This document shows, one piece after another, positions 10,400 to 23,604 of a DNA stretch of 64,000 bases (position 1 is the stretch's first letter; each line of letters opens with the position of its first letter). Origin of the DNA: Octopus sinensis (Eukaryota); the NCBI RefSeq assembly GCF_006345805.1, contig NC_043014.1, positions 30,318,001 to 30,382,000 on the forward strand. The letters are read 5' to 3'. A program made the translations under genes and the position numbers. The notes beneath the pieces were generated by a model. It searched no databases and had not been told where the DNA came from. It saw nothing but the letters and a program-made list of their open reading frames with translations.

Positions 10400-11460
10400 C
10401 GTCTTCCCTTTCTAGGACAAAAACATTGGGCTAACAGATTAGCTTAGTTATCTTGTAAGGGTCAAAAATTTAAGAAGCATAGAGTGGAGTAACTGTAAAA
10501 TATTTTGTTAGTGTGCCTACATGACATTTACTTATTTCTGATTTGTTGAGTAACAAAACCCACTTTCCATTATTCCATTGTGTGGAGCTCATTAACAATA
10601 GGTTCCAATCAAAAACTTATCTAAACATGCCCATTGCTAAGGTAGGACACTACCCCTCACTATTCAATGGTGCACTCTCAAATTTAGAAAGTACAGTTTA
10701 CAAAAATCTTCCTGCAATATAAATTAGTGCCCACCCAGAATATTCTGAAGCACCCCCAGGCACCAAAGTCAGATAATGGGCCTGTATCTAAAGCTTCAAT
10801 GTCATTTCCATATATGGACATATTAGAATGTACAAATTTGAGTTAGTTGAGTAAAATTACTCATGAAACCTCATTTTCTTTGCCTAAATAAATACATTAT
10901 ATTCATAGCTAAATCAGAAGGACATGCCCATAACACTTTCCTAACAATCTGAGATTGATGGGAGAAAGTTAACTCCACAACTAGTGGTCTGGCTCAAATG
11001 CTCACAACAGAATGGCCTTTGTTAAATGTACCCAAAGGTTAGGTGGAAATGTTAAACTGGGCAATAGATCAAATATAATCCAATAACAGAAACCCTCCTT
11101 CTGACAGACATCCATATGCCTTCATTCACAAGACTTTAATTTTATCCAAGTCTGTAACACAAGACACTTGCCCCCAAAGTGCTGTGCAGAAAGACTAAAC
11201 CTGCCACTATTTAAATGCAAAATAGATTTTTTTAACCACATGGTTTTGCTTGCATCTATATACAGACATATTAAAGTGTACAAATTTGTGTTAATTGGGT
11301 AAGATTTGCAAGATTTCTATTTGCTTAGTTCTAGGAGGAGGTTTCCTATTCTCTATTTTAGGTTAGAATAACTGGTCATTTCTGTAATAGTTGGTTTGAG
11401 TGAATTGGCTTGTAATTCATCTAACTGGACAATTATTACAACTGGTCACAATAACAAGGT
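10400..11460 (-). mobile_element. Very old CR1-like LINE RT remnant
   Basis: SIYGNDIEALDTGP resembles AIYLDFSKAFDTVP; the rest is heavily decayed. Confidence 0.35.
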
Positions 11461-11524
11461 TAGTTTCTTTTAATCCTAAGAAGCCAACAAATGTGTCACT
11501 AAACCAACCAAACTCCAATCTTAC

Positions 11525-11630
11525 CTTTTGATTTAAGGTCTGCATAATTTTTTCTTTCTCTTTTTCATAAACATTTTGGTTTTCAGATTTTAACTTGGAC
11601 AGTTGGTCTTCAAGTTCCTCTTGTGCTGAT
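11525..11630 (-). CDS. CEP164: Host gene exon 7: SAQEELEDQLSKLKSENQNVYEKEKEKIMQTLNQK
   Basis: tttgttaaag|A ... AAG|gtaaga, 106 nt, phase 2-0. Confidence 0.85.
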
Positions 11631-13053
11631 CTTTAACAAACAATGACAAAAGAGAAATAAATTGATAAAATATAATGGTGTGTGTGTGTGCATGTGTGTG
11701 TGGTTAGTTATTTCAAGGAAGTTAAGTCCTCATTAGGGGTTATATAATCCAAAGTATTCCACTGGTTCAATCCATATCATATAATGGTAAAATCATTGCT
11801 GACATCCAGTTCACCTCATCTCCATATTTGCCTTTTATTCTTCTGGTATCAATAAAATGAGTACCAGTTGTATACTGGGTCAATATAATTGACTATATCT
11901 CTTCTCTGGAATGAGTGGCGTTGTGCCTACATTAGAAATCAAAATTTGTGAAGCGAACATAGCAGGAACAAGTACTCCTCAATGAAATGTCAGTTAGAAA
12001 GAAAGACTGGCTGTAAACAAGAAGAGCCACTGAACAGATAATGAGAGACAGAGAAAATACAGAGATCAAGTTTGATAGAATAAATAGAGGATGAAGAAAA
12101 AATTAAGTGACAATTATATTTGAAAATACTATACTGTATTGTAACTGTAAGTTACTAATAATAAGTTACAAACTGTAAGCTAGTAAGATTGTCATTTTTT
12201 GAGGTCATTAAATTCCTCATTAAAAATAAAAAAGACTTTTCAATATTAGCACTAACTAAGGCAGTGAACTGACAAAATCGTTAGCATGGCAGGCAAAATG
12301 CTTAGTGGTACTTCATCCGTTATTACATTCTGAGTTCAAATTCCACCAGGGTCGAGTTTACTTTTCATCCTTCCAAGTTTGATAAAATAAGTACCAGTTG
12401 AGCACCGGGGTTTATGTGACTGAGTAACATGCTCCTCTGAAATTGCTGGCTTTGTACCAAAATTTGAAACCAATATTAGCACTAACTTTTGATTAGCAAG
12501 ATTTCTAATCATTATCTGATATCCTATGGCAGGATCTGTAAATAGTACCAAACTGTAACCTTTATTTCTAAACTAAGAGTAATAATGTTTTTACTTCCAT
12601 CAGTAGAAATGATAATTAGAGATGAAACCATCTGATATTTAGCATTTATACTAAAAATGGAAAGACAAAAAGATGTAAAACTTTTAATATTTAAAGAGGT
12701 GAGGGCAGCAAGCTGGCTGAATCATTACTGCGCCAGGAAAAATGCTTACCAGCATTTAGTATGGCTTTATGTTCTGAATTCATATTCTGCCAAGGTGACT
12801 TTGCTTTCATCCATTTGGGGTCGATAAAATAGGTACCAGTTGAGCACAGAGTTTGATGAAATTGACTTTCTCCCTTCCCCAAAATTGTTGGCCTTGTGCC
12901 AAAATTTGAAACTAGTATTTAAAGAGGTGATTAATAGTCTAAAAATTATAATTTCATTAACGACTCATCCTAAACATTTAGAGATTCAATTAATTTAAAA
13001 GTTATGAAAACCAATTATAAGACATTAAATTACAACAAAAACTGAAGTCATAC

Positions 13054-13151
13054 TTGATCCTGTCTTCTTTATCTTGTTCAATTTTCTCAATTTCTTTAAG
13101 TTCTTCTTTCAGAAAGATTGCTTTGAGTTCCTTAACTTTGGTCTCTTTATT
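13054..13151 (-). CDS. CEP164: Host gene exon 6: NKETKVKELKAIFLKEELKEIEKIEQDKEDRI(K)
   Basis: cattctag|AAT ... CAA|gtatga, 98 nt, phase 0-2. Confidence 0.85.
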
Positions 13152-14479
13152 CTAGAATGTAAACATGAACAGACATTACAATCTCAACCACCATTCCATC
13201 TATTTCTACCATCAATACAAACTAGATTTCCCACTATTCCCCTGGGACCATACATATGTTAATTGATAATAGCCACAGCCTCCTGGCAGCCAACACTGGA
13301 AAATGGAAAATACTTAGACTAAAACATAATGTATAAAGACAAGCATTTAATATTTATCATATAAACAAATGATTGATCCTTCGTTGGTTTTAATGATAAG
13401 TAGTCAGTTGTTTCATCAACTGAACTACCTACTCACTGAATTAGCCAACTGACTATTCCAGAGGCACATGTACTTGTAATGTAATTTTCAGGATGAATCA
13501 AGGTGATACAACAGGACAAGGCTGCAATCCATCTACTGAATGATCAGATCACATATGTCTGCACATACATGAGAAGATACCAAGGAGATGCATGAATCAT
13601 AAAACTGCGATAATTTATACACATATCCAGACTTAGCTATAGTTGATATTCATTCCACGCAAGACTGGCTAAATGACAAATGTTTTGACTCCAGTCTTAT
13701 GAGAAATTGATCATTTCCAAATCTGAAAATATCATCTTGCTCAAAACCAGCATGAAAGCTGAGGTTGAGTGTAATAATAAAAAAAATAATATAATGGAAG
13801 CTGGTAATAATGATCACTTTAACAATAACATGAAGCAAAAGTTATAATATCTTGAGAAAGTTTGGAACCCACTAATTACACTGGGTAACAAAATTTTAAT
13901 TTTTGGTCAGTAAGTGTTAATTCCTATTTGCTTCTATCAAGAAATCAAAGGAAACGACAACTATTCTCTTTGAACTTTACTTTTGTGACCTGGACATCAA
14001 TGTGTTGAAACTGACCTATTTTCCATTACATTTCAGACAGATTTAGTACTGAGTTGCTGAAGTAGAAATATCGTTATAGCAAATATTCTGCTCAATACCA
14101 CAAATTTCTCAGTCTGCTGCTTAACCATAACTACCTGAGCATGTCCCTTACTGGCTGACAATATGTGTATCTCTCATCATGAGCAGGAGTAGTGGAGAAG
14201 CATAATAGTCAAGTGTGGAGAAGGATTCTTTGGGTTTGAATAAATGTAACAAAAGCAAAGTTTGAAGGAAATATTAGCCATTTTTCATACTTTCTAGGGG
14301 TAAGCAAATAGAAAATAACCATTGCCATCCAAGGACAAAAATCGTGTTACACAGTGTAATTATAACATTATTCATGATTATAATATGTGGTTTCCACTGC
14401 ATTATGAAAAATATGATGTTGAACTAAAGTCCAACAACCGTGTTGAACAGTTTTAGTTTACATAAACACAAACATCTGG

Positions 14480-15420
14480 GCATCCAGTTAGGGACTTCAT
14501 TGCAATTAGAACTTTCCCATTAATCTAAAACTCTTGTAGAATCCTCCTTCACATGTCCTGCAGTACACAGTCATATGTCTTTTCAAGGTCTACAAAGCAA
14601 ATATGCACCTCTTGGCAATATTCCCACAATTTCTCAAAGACATTAGTGAACATCACTGAGGTAAGTGGAGAAGTTTAAGTATCTTTGGGTTGTGGGAGGC
14701 AGGAGGCTGAATTGGAGGCTAGAATGGCAAATGCTAGCACATTGCTGGGCCAGCTTCAGCATTTGATCGTCAAAAGAGGAGAGAGTGGCAAAATAGCCAA
14801 ACTTGCCATCTTCAATTCGGTTTTCATGCCTATCCTCACTTGGGGTCATGAATGTTAGGTTTTTAGTTGAGATGTGTCAAATTTGTTGAAGCAACATGAC
14901 TTGCAAGAAATAACAATTCTGTTTTTTTGGTCGATATTTAACATCATTGCTGGAATAAGCATGGAATTTAATTTTACAGTTAAAGTGTTAACAAGGATAT
15001 CGTCATTGAAAGAGTGTGATCATGTACACAAGCAGATGAAATAGGGCTCCTTCAAAAGATTGCTGGAGCAATAATACTCAGTAGAGTTGGTAGCTTCAAG
15101 ATCTGAGGATCAAGGACTCTTTTCAGGTTGAACCACTATTTTTCTCCATTGAGAGGTCACAGCTCTGGTACTATAGACATGTGGTCAGAATGTCACAGGA
15201 AAGGATTGCAGACAGATTCTTCAAGCTGAGCTAAGTAGCAGGAAATCTAGGGGTACAGCAAGAGCAAGATGGTTGGATGATATCCATAGTCTAAGTTGGT
15301 CGGACTTAAGAATCCACCAGGAAAATGTAATGACAATAGCTTCTGATAGGACCCTGTGAAGGAGGTGCCGAATGACTCTATCCCAATGACCCTCCCTGGA
15401 ATAGTTAGTGGCCCAAATGG
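14480..15420. mobile_element. Degenerate RTE (Expander/Rex3-like) LINE with an inverted 5' part
   Basis: Minus strand, about 14480-14657: EKLWEY..VHICFVDLEKTYD. Plus strand from about 14665: VEKFKYL, KLAIFNSVFMPILTWGHE, RKSRGTARARWLDDI. Confidence 0.65.
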
Positions 15421-15952
15421 ATGGATGAATAGATGGATGGATTGATGGATATCGTTTAGTCCAAGGCCAAAACAACTGATTAGAGCTGTGATTAAAGGTA
15501 TTCCAGTCTTGACCATCATGTCTATTTTTCAGTTGTTGTGTATTTTGAATTACTTTATCTAATGTGTACTTCCTTTTGTAAGATGGTAAGGTAGAATTTG
15601 AGGAACATTTGGTTATTTTTAACAGGTCAAGCAAACATGTAGAGGGTCCCTCATTGATTTATTATAAAAAATAGTTATTTAGCCTCAAGTCAGATCTGAT
15701 CAACTGACCTTGACATTCCAGCCATGACCAATTCATCACTTTTATCAAACATAGTACACATTTGATTACATTATTTGATATGAAGGTGAATCAGAAAGTA
15801 ATGCAAACAAAAATTGCATTACTTTCTAACTTACCCTTGTATGTCCTTTTTTAAAGATAGTGGAGCAGGGTTAAAGAAGAATTTTGGCTAAACAAGCATT
15901 TAGATGCTCCGTAGTTGGCTCGTTATAAAAGTAATAATCAAAGCTGGTATAC

Positions 15953-16139
15953 CTCTCTTATTTCTTCTTTGGCTTTCTCAAGTTCTTTTTCATATTTTTC
16001 TCTGAGTTCTTTCAGTGATTTCTCATGTTTCTCTGCTATTTCTTGCTTCTTTGATTCTAAATCGGTTTCTGAACATTCCTCTGTTGTTTTCTTCATTTCT
16101 TCTGGAAGACTCATTTTTGAAGCTTCTTCAGAAGATAAC
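15953..16139 (-). CDS. CEP164: Host gene exon 5: LSSEEASKMSLPEEMKK...KELEKAKEEIRE (start of coiled coil)
   Basis: cctatag|G ... GAG|gtatac, 187 nt, phase 2-0, matching the phase of the previous exon. Confidence 0.85.
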
Positions 16140-16710
16140 CTATAGGAAGATGTAGCAGGTTGTTTAATTAAATATACTTAGGGAAAAAATGAGTGCAAGT
16201 GCAGAAATATTGCAACTACTGCAACAACCAATCGTAACAATGGATTCAAATTTTGGCCCAAGGCCAGTAATTTTAGGGGTTGGGGTGAGCCAAACAGATT
16301 GACACCCCCCACCCGAGTTCAACTGGTAGTTATTTTATCAACCCTGAAAGGATGAAAGGCAAAGTTGACCCCAGTGGCATTTGAACTCAATGTAAAGACA
16401 GACAAAATGCCACTAAGCATTTTATCCAACATGTGAACAATTCAGCCACCCTGCAACCTTTCAAACAATTATAATAATAATAAAAATACAAATCATAACA
16501 CTAACTTTGGGCTCCTTTAATGAATTCTTCTCCTAAACTACCTTACCCTCTCATTCTATCTTTTCCTTTCTTTTCCATTTATATACAACTGGCTTTTATT
16601 TTTAAGGGTTCTCAACATACTAGGTCAAAGATACCTCAGTTAAAACTACATCTTGTCATGCCTTGTTTCCTCACTGCTCCCCTATAAGTGACACCTCTTC
16701 TGTTTTTTCA

Positions 16711-17001
16711 TTAATATTCAGAGGTAGTATTTATCCCCCACAGTATAGTTTGTTGTGTTAAAACAAGCTATACTGCAGTAGATACAATGAGAGAAACTCT
16801 CATAATAGCTTTTGGTGCAAAACGCATTCTTGTTTATATTGCTAGCAGGGATTTATCTCCCTCTACTAGTGATATAAAGAAGAGTGCATTTTGCACCAAA
16901 AGCTAATATAAGAGTTTCTCTCAAGGTATTTACTGCAGTATAGCTTATTCTAACAGAACATCCATGCTTAAGTGGGAATAAATATTACCTCTTGGTCTTA
17001 A
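16711..17001. repeat. About 290-bp imperfect palindrome (foldback or MITE-like)
   Basis: The left arm (about 16711-16848) is the reverse complement of the right arm (about 16857-17001), e.g. aagctatactgcagta/tactgcagtatagctt and agcttttggtgcaaaa/ttttgcaccaaaagct. Confidence 0.85.
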
Positions 17002-19223
17002 TACTGCCTCTGTTGTTAATAAATATTAATATTTAGATTTATTTGTATAGTTATTCTTGTTATTTAATCTCAAGTTAACCCTGAACCAGCAGACTTGTGA
17101 TCAAAATTGTTCTTATTCTGACCAACCCACCTATTTTTTTTATCAGAAGTAGTGTATCTAGTAGTATACTGTCCAATGTGCCCTTCCTTTATTTAACCCT
17201 TTTACTGCAGAAGTCAGATATGTCCACCCAAAATTTCATTACCTTTAACTGCAGAAAGCAGTTATATATACCATTCTATCTTTTGTTGAGGACTGTCATG
17301 TTTGAAACTAAATAAATCAAATTTATTGAAGCAATGAGATTTGCAGAAAATAACAATTCTGTTTATTGGTAGATATTAAACATCATTACTAGAAGAAACA
17401 TGAAATAAATTTCACAGTTAAAGAGGGTGTTGTTGTTGTTTAACCCCCAGATCAGCACAGACCTTTGAATGCATCGCAGCTGATCTTCCAACTGAATCAA
17501 AGTAACTATGTTTCCACTGGTTTGTCAATTGCTGGTACTATTTGTAGGTCACAATGCATGACAAGAAATGACATTATTATTATTTATTTTTCAATTCTGG
17601 TGACAAGATGCAGGACAGATACCACAAATCTTTGCCTTTGACACTGAAAATCAATTCTACCAAACCACTGCCTACACAGGCTCAAAAGGATGAAAAGCAA
17701 ACATGATCTTGGTGGGGGAATTTTAACTCAGAGCCAACATAGTTAAAACAAATACCACAAGCCATTGTCTCTGACATACTAACATCTCTACCAGTTCCCC
17801 ACTAAATCAAGCCAAGACCAAGCAGACCTAGGATTAGAACCGTTCCAGTCATGATCATCCCATTTATATCTTCTCAGAGTGAGTGTATTTCGGACTACGT
17901 ACATTATTCAATCTTCTTTTTTTATGATAGGAAATTGTGGTTTGAGGAAGATTTGGCTGCTATTTCTAGCAGGTTGAGTCACAATGTAGAGGTTTGTGCC
18001 ACTGCTATAGCATGTTGTAATCTACTTGCCATACAATATATTTTTGCTTATTCAGATATAATTGTATTAACAGCATTTTTGAGAGGAAGCACAACACATG
18101 TGACCCTTCACAGGGTCCTTGAGATTGATGGGAGGAAGGGAAGAATTTATTGGCAGAATTCTACTTGAAACAAGCAATATATCCACTCATAACTTATTTA
18201 TTTTTTGCAATTTTCAGAAAACTTTTGCAAATGTGTTCTATACAAAAGAATTCGTATGACTATACAAAAAAAATATTTTTTTGCATGATTTAAGTTATTT
18301 AGTGTTATTTTTAGCACATCTCATGACTACCTCATACCACCCTTGTTTGTTTGTTACTCTGATGTACTGATGTTTTTCAATATCTTTCTCCCCATGAACA
18401 CATTGAATGGCCCATTGTTCGGATTTAAGTCAAAAATTCCAACTGTCCTTTTTTTTAAACTGTGATCTAAAAAAAAAAAAATCGAAAAATTAAAAATATA
18501 ATTGTTTTGTTTTTTTTTCATAGTCTATGAATTTCTATTTGTAGAACACAAATTTACAGGAATCTCCTGAAAATACAAAAATAAAAAAGTTGGGGTTATA
18601 TCATGTGCTTGAAGTAGAATTCTGCCAATTTATCCTCAAACCAAAGACTTGATCATCAAACTAAAGACCTGCTTGCAACACATTAGACACCATTAAATAC
18701 AACCAAGTGCCAAGCAGTGGTTTTACATTAAGCAACAGATGAATCCTAATACCCAAGAACAGGGACAGCCCCTTCAGTAAACTTCTAAACAGTTTCCATC
18801 TACCAAATCTTAGTCACAAGGCTTTGGTCAATCTGTGACTGTAGTAGGAAACACTTGTACAATGTGCCATTTAACAATGGGATCAAACCTGAAATCATGT
18901 AGTTGTGAAACTAATTTCTTAACCACAAAGCCACATTTGTCTCCAGCAGAACTGTGTCCACAGGCAAAATATGTTTCTTCTTCACCCAATCAATCTAGCT
19001 ATATACAGGTTCTATAGGTATGTACACCATATAGCCGAAATGATTGGGAGCATGGTATAATTATTTACTGTTTCATTAGCTTGTATTGTTAATTTCAGGT
19101 TTTGTAATGAGATTGTGAGCCTGGACCATGACAGAAGAACACCCACCACACTCATGGTGCAATAAATTCAATCACACTCTTATGAATTGTAAGGAGCATA
19201 GATCTACTCAATCAAGGTTGGGT

Positions 19224-19388
19224 GGAGTGGCTGTGTGGTAAGTAGCCTGCTTAGCAACCACATGGTTCCGGGTTCAGTTCCACTGCACGGCACCTTGGGC
19301 AAGTGTCTTCTACTATAGCCTCAGGCTGACCAAAGCCTTGTGAGTGGATTTGGTAGACGGAAACTGAAAGAAGCCTGTCGTATATATG

Positions 19389-19423
<35 letters not shown>

Positions 19424-19630
19424 ATGTTTGTGTGTCTGTGTTTGTCCCCCCAACATCACTTGACAACCAATACTGGTGTGTTTACGTCCCCGTAATCTAG
19501 CGGTTCAGCAAAAGAGACCGATACAATAAGTACTAGGCTTACAAAGAATAAGTCCTGGGGTCGATTTGCTCGACTAAAGGTGGTGCTCCAGCATGGCCAC
19601 AGTCAAATGACTGAAACAAGTAAAAGAGTA
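19224..19630 (+). mobile_element. tRNA-derived composite SINE with CORE-like ccttgggcaagtgtctt segment (representative copy; others at about 1620-1850, 2118-2275, 4075-4700, 23013-23435, 25740-26140, 47850-48220, 54470-54820, 60200-60555)
   Basis: A-box-like TGGCTGTGTGG and B-box-like GGTTCAGTTCC, internal (TA)/(GT)n, common 3' module ending gactgaaacaagtaaaag. Confidence 0.8.
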
Positions 19631-21540
19631 AATGCATAGAATAAGCTGAATAGTGATGCACACACACACACACATATAATGTCAAATATAAAATTGACAC
19701 ACATGCACACATACATATCATTAATATGGAGTAAAACAATGGCATAAATAATGTGAAGTATGACGATAACATTCTCAAATATCAATAATGTAACGTGTAA
19801 CAGTAACACACACAAAAATAATGCATTGCACCAAATGTTTAACATTCAGAATTTTCTCCATTCAGAGAATTTGCTCTCCAGTGTCTCCAGAGGTTTAAAA
19901 AAAATCTATTGCTGTAACAACTTTCACTGGTCTTTCACTGGTTCTTAACCCTCTTATCCCATGATTTTTTGATTCCAGCCTTACAAGATTCTCTATGCGC
20001 AAGGAAAAAAAATATCTACCTCATAGATACATCCTCAAGTCACTGACACACTGCTGGGCTGAGTCAATCCAGTCTTCTTAACTATAACAAGCTTCTAAGA
20101 ATTTATTCCATCTGACCTTTCACAATTGTATCTTACTTCTGAAAACATTTACTAAATTAACCTTTTAGCATTTAAGCTGGCCAATCCAACCAAAATATTC
20201 TACCTGTTTTATCTTCAGACTGGCCAGATCTGGCCTTTTACACTTACCCTACAATATTATTCTGAAAATAAACAATCACGTCACTGAAATCTCAAAGCTA
20301 CAAAGTAATGCATGACTAATTCATATCAATGAGAATAAATAAGTATTACATTTGACAGAGAAATCTGAATGCTAAAGGGTCAGTCATATTTCATCATGAT
20401 GCATAGATATTTAATGTATAGGTTTATTTAATACCACATACACAGAAGAAATAGTAAATATTTTTTTTTCTGGTTTGCCTGAAGAGAGTGCCTGCATCCA
20501 TGACAGAGGGGAGGAAGGGCAGAAGTTATTTTCAGACAAGAGACAAAGACTCAAACGCTTGCAGCAGAGAAGGCTCTGTTAAAGGTACTCAAGGACAAGA
20601 TGGTGGTGTTAAACTGAGCAATGATAAGGTCTACCACCTACCTTCTGCCAAATTTCACTCATGAGGCCTTGATTGGACTGGAGAAGACACTTGTATAAGA
20701 TGCCACACAGAGGAATTGAACCCTAAACTATATAGTTATGAAACAAGCTTCTTAATCATACAGCTATGCTTTCTTATGTCATCAGATGTTGGGTGACCAA
20801 CTGAGAAGTGAGTGGTTCATATCATGTCATTAGTCTTGAGATGTATCTATGACCAGATGTATCTATGACCAGATGTAAATATGACACAGTTGATAGAAAC
20901 TAATGTAAGTAGAAACATTACTTATAATAATTAATGGGTATTTCCTTTTATTAACATGCATTGCTGAGTTCAATTCTTCTTGTGAAAAGAGCTTTGAAAA
21001 AAGGGGAATGCTACCAAACTGACTTAGCCAAGATACACTCCATAATGTCAATGTCTTCAGCAGTGACACTATAACATAAAGGCTTATAGAACTTACCACT
21101 GCCATATAAACCCAATGTCATCAGTTCATCTGACAGAGACAACAGCCAAGTCTTCCTCAAATCATATCCAACTGGCTCAAGAAAGGAAAAAACACACCAG
21201 ATAATATAGTTATAAACATACTTTCAAAAAATACACAGTCTGGTCATAGTTAGAATTGGTTTAATCATAGTTCAGCTCAACCAATTATTACTCGGAACTA
21301 AATAACAACAACTGAAACAACAACAACAGCATACAAATATAAATAATTCACCTGCTCGAAAAAGTAACCAAATATCTCTGATAATACTCTACTACCTTAA
21401 AGAGGGTAGTCAAACTGGATAATATAGCATGTTTGAAAGAAAGACACCCAGAAATAGAGACCACTGAAATACCTTTCATCAAAACAGCAATATAACATAA
21501 ATTTATAATTAATTCAGCCAATTTTTTTTTTTTTATGTAC

Positions 21541-21746
21541 CTGTTAGCTGTTGCTGTTGATACTACCACAACTGGGGTTTTTGCTGCAACTACAGCACCT
21601 AGTGATGGTGATGTTGGTGTTGGTGTTGGTGTTGGTGACGGCGTTAAGATCTCTTGGATTCTTTTGTTTTCACCTCCAGCAACATCAAGAAAAGATGGGC
21701 TGACTTTCTCTCCAGTAGATTTCAAAGACAAAGTGCCATCAAAGTC
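21541..21746 (-). CDS. CEP164: Host gene exon 4: DFDGTLSLKSTGEK...TPSPTPTPTPTSPS...STATAN(R)
   Basis: ttttgtttgtag|GAC ... CAG|gtacat, 206 nt, phase 0-2; overlaps ORF 21348..21731(-). Confidence 0.85.
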
Positions 21747-21858
21747 CTACAAACAAAAAGTAAATGAAATTATTCAATTTAGAAGTAAAGATTCCTAGAT
21801 CAAATCCAGTCTAAGTACCATGAAAGAAAACGAGATGATAATCAGACACAAAACATAT

Positions 21859-22240
21859 GAGGTGGTATCAAAAAGTTCTTGAACTAGTCCTGTAGCACAT
21901 CAACAGATGGTAGCACATGGTTGCATGTGAGTGAGAACTGGCAGTGACCTTCATGAGGCAGTGTGCCAAATGACATTGTTGTGTTTACTTTGCAAGTTGT
22001 GAAATTTGTGTTTGGGTGATCACATGTAAGCTGTAATCTGCAATTTTTGTCATGGACAGGAAGTGGGGATAAAGGGTGACCGTGAAATTTCGCATTATAC
22101 TTGGGAAGTCTGCTACAGAGTGATTGAGCATGCTTCAGCAAGCTTACAGTAACGAGACACTGGGTTGTACACTATGTTCTGAGTGGCAAGGGTGCTTCAA
22201 AAGTGGAAGAACATCCCTGGAAGACAAGGAGTGATCTGGC
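21859..22240 (+). mobile_element. Old mariner 5' fragment (TIR plus N-terminal HTH coding remnant)
   Basis: TA-TGAGGTGGTATCAAAAAGTTC TIR-like start; translation KFRIILGKSATE*LSMLQQAY...EW..CFKSGRTSLED. Confidence 0.65.
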
Positions 22241-22555
22241 AGACCTGCCACAACCATCACCCTGGAAATGTGGAGAAAAAAAAAAATATATATATATATA
22301 TATCATCATATATATATATCATCGTGATCATCATGTATATTTATATACATACACTCATACACATATAAATAAATAGTAATTTACAAAATAATAAAAAAAA
22401 TCATATTTTAGCATCACAGACCCACATGATAACAGATTAAACAGGTTGAAGTTAGAATGAATAATCAAATAGAAAAAATTTCTTCAGCAACAACTTTCCA
22501 GTCTCTTTTTCACTAAAGAAACATATTTACAATTAAGCCATTTTTTTTTACTTAC

Positions 22556-22639
22556 CTTTTCTAAGAAATCTCGAAATGCAAAGTCAAAATTCTCAATATC
22601 CATAATTTTTTCAGACAGACCTTTGTCAATGCCGAAATC
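22556..22639 (-). CDS. CEP164: Host gene exon 3: DFGIDKGLSEKIMDIENFDFAFRDFLEK
   Basis: cttcttag|GAT ... AAG|gtaagt, 84 nt, phase 0-0. Confidence 0.85.
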
Positions 22640-23570
22640 CTAAGAAGTAAACAACAACAAATATATATATATATATGTATATATGTGTATATGATAAAAT
22701 AGTATAAATAAAATCTTAACATTAGAAACCAGTAAAGGAATGAAAAATAGTTGGAAAGGAACTTAAGTCTGTGCATCAGAGAAAATGTTATCACTTCCAA
22801 TTTATCTTAATAAAAAAAAGACTAAAAACTACTTCTATCAGAATCACTGTACTTAAAGCTACAAGACTGGTTTTATCTCTCTTCAGTTTCTTTGGTATTA
22901 AGAAGATCAAAGGTAAATTGCTTTCCTAGAGAGTAGTCATTTTATGATATATAAATATCATAAAATTATGATATATAAATATATATGATATATATTATGA
23001 TATATAAATATATATATATAGGTACAGGCATGGCTGAGTGATAAAAAGCTTGCTTCCCAATTACATGATTCCGGGTTCAGTTCCACTGCATGGCACCTTA
23101 CAGAAGTGACTTCTACTATAGCTTCGGGCTGACCGGAGCCTTTTGAGTGGATTTGGTAGATAGAAACTGAAAAAAGCTCATCGTATGTGTGTGTGTGTGT
23201 GTGTGTGTATATTTATGTGTCTGTCTTTGTTTGGCCCCCACCACTGCTTGACAACCAGTGTCGGTGTGTTTGTGTCCCTGTAACTTAGTGGTTTGGCAAA
23301 TGAGACTGACAGAAGAAGTGCCACTTCTTAAAAAATAAAAAAAGAAGTACTGGGGTTGATTTATTCAACTAAAAATTCAAGGCAGTGCCCCAGTATGGCC
23401 ACAGTCTAGTGACTAAAACCAGTAAAAAATAAAAGAATATATATATATTATATATATATATATATGCAGTTGTGACTGTGTTTGCCAACCATATCGTTTG
23501 GGGTTCAGTTCCATTGCATGCCATCTTGCCAAGCAGTGTCTTTTCTGTGGCCCCAGGTCAACGAAAGTTT

Positions 23571-23604
<34 letters not shown>

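Noticed and set aside
22850-22925. Exon-like segment GKQFTFDLLNTKETEER behind a ctctctag acceptor
   Set aside because: An in-frame TAA precedes any donor, and the phase does not fit the neighbouring exons
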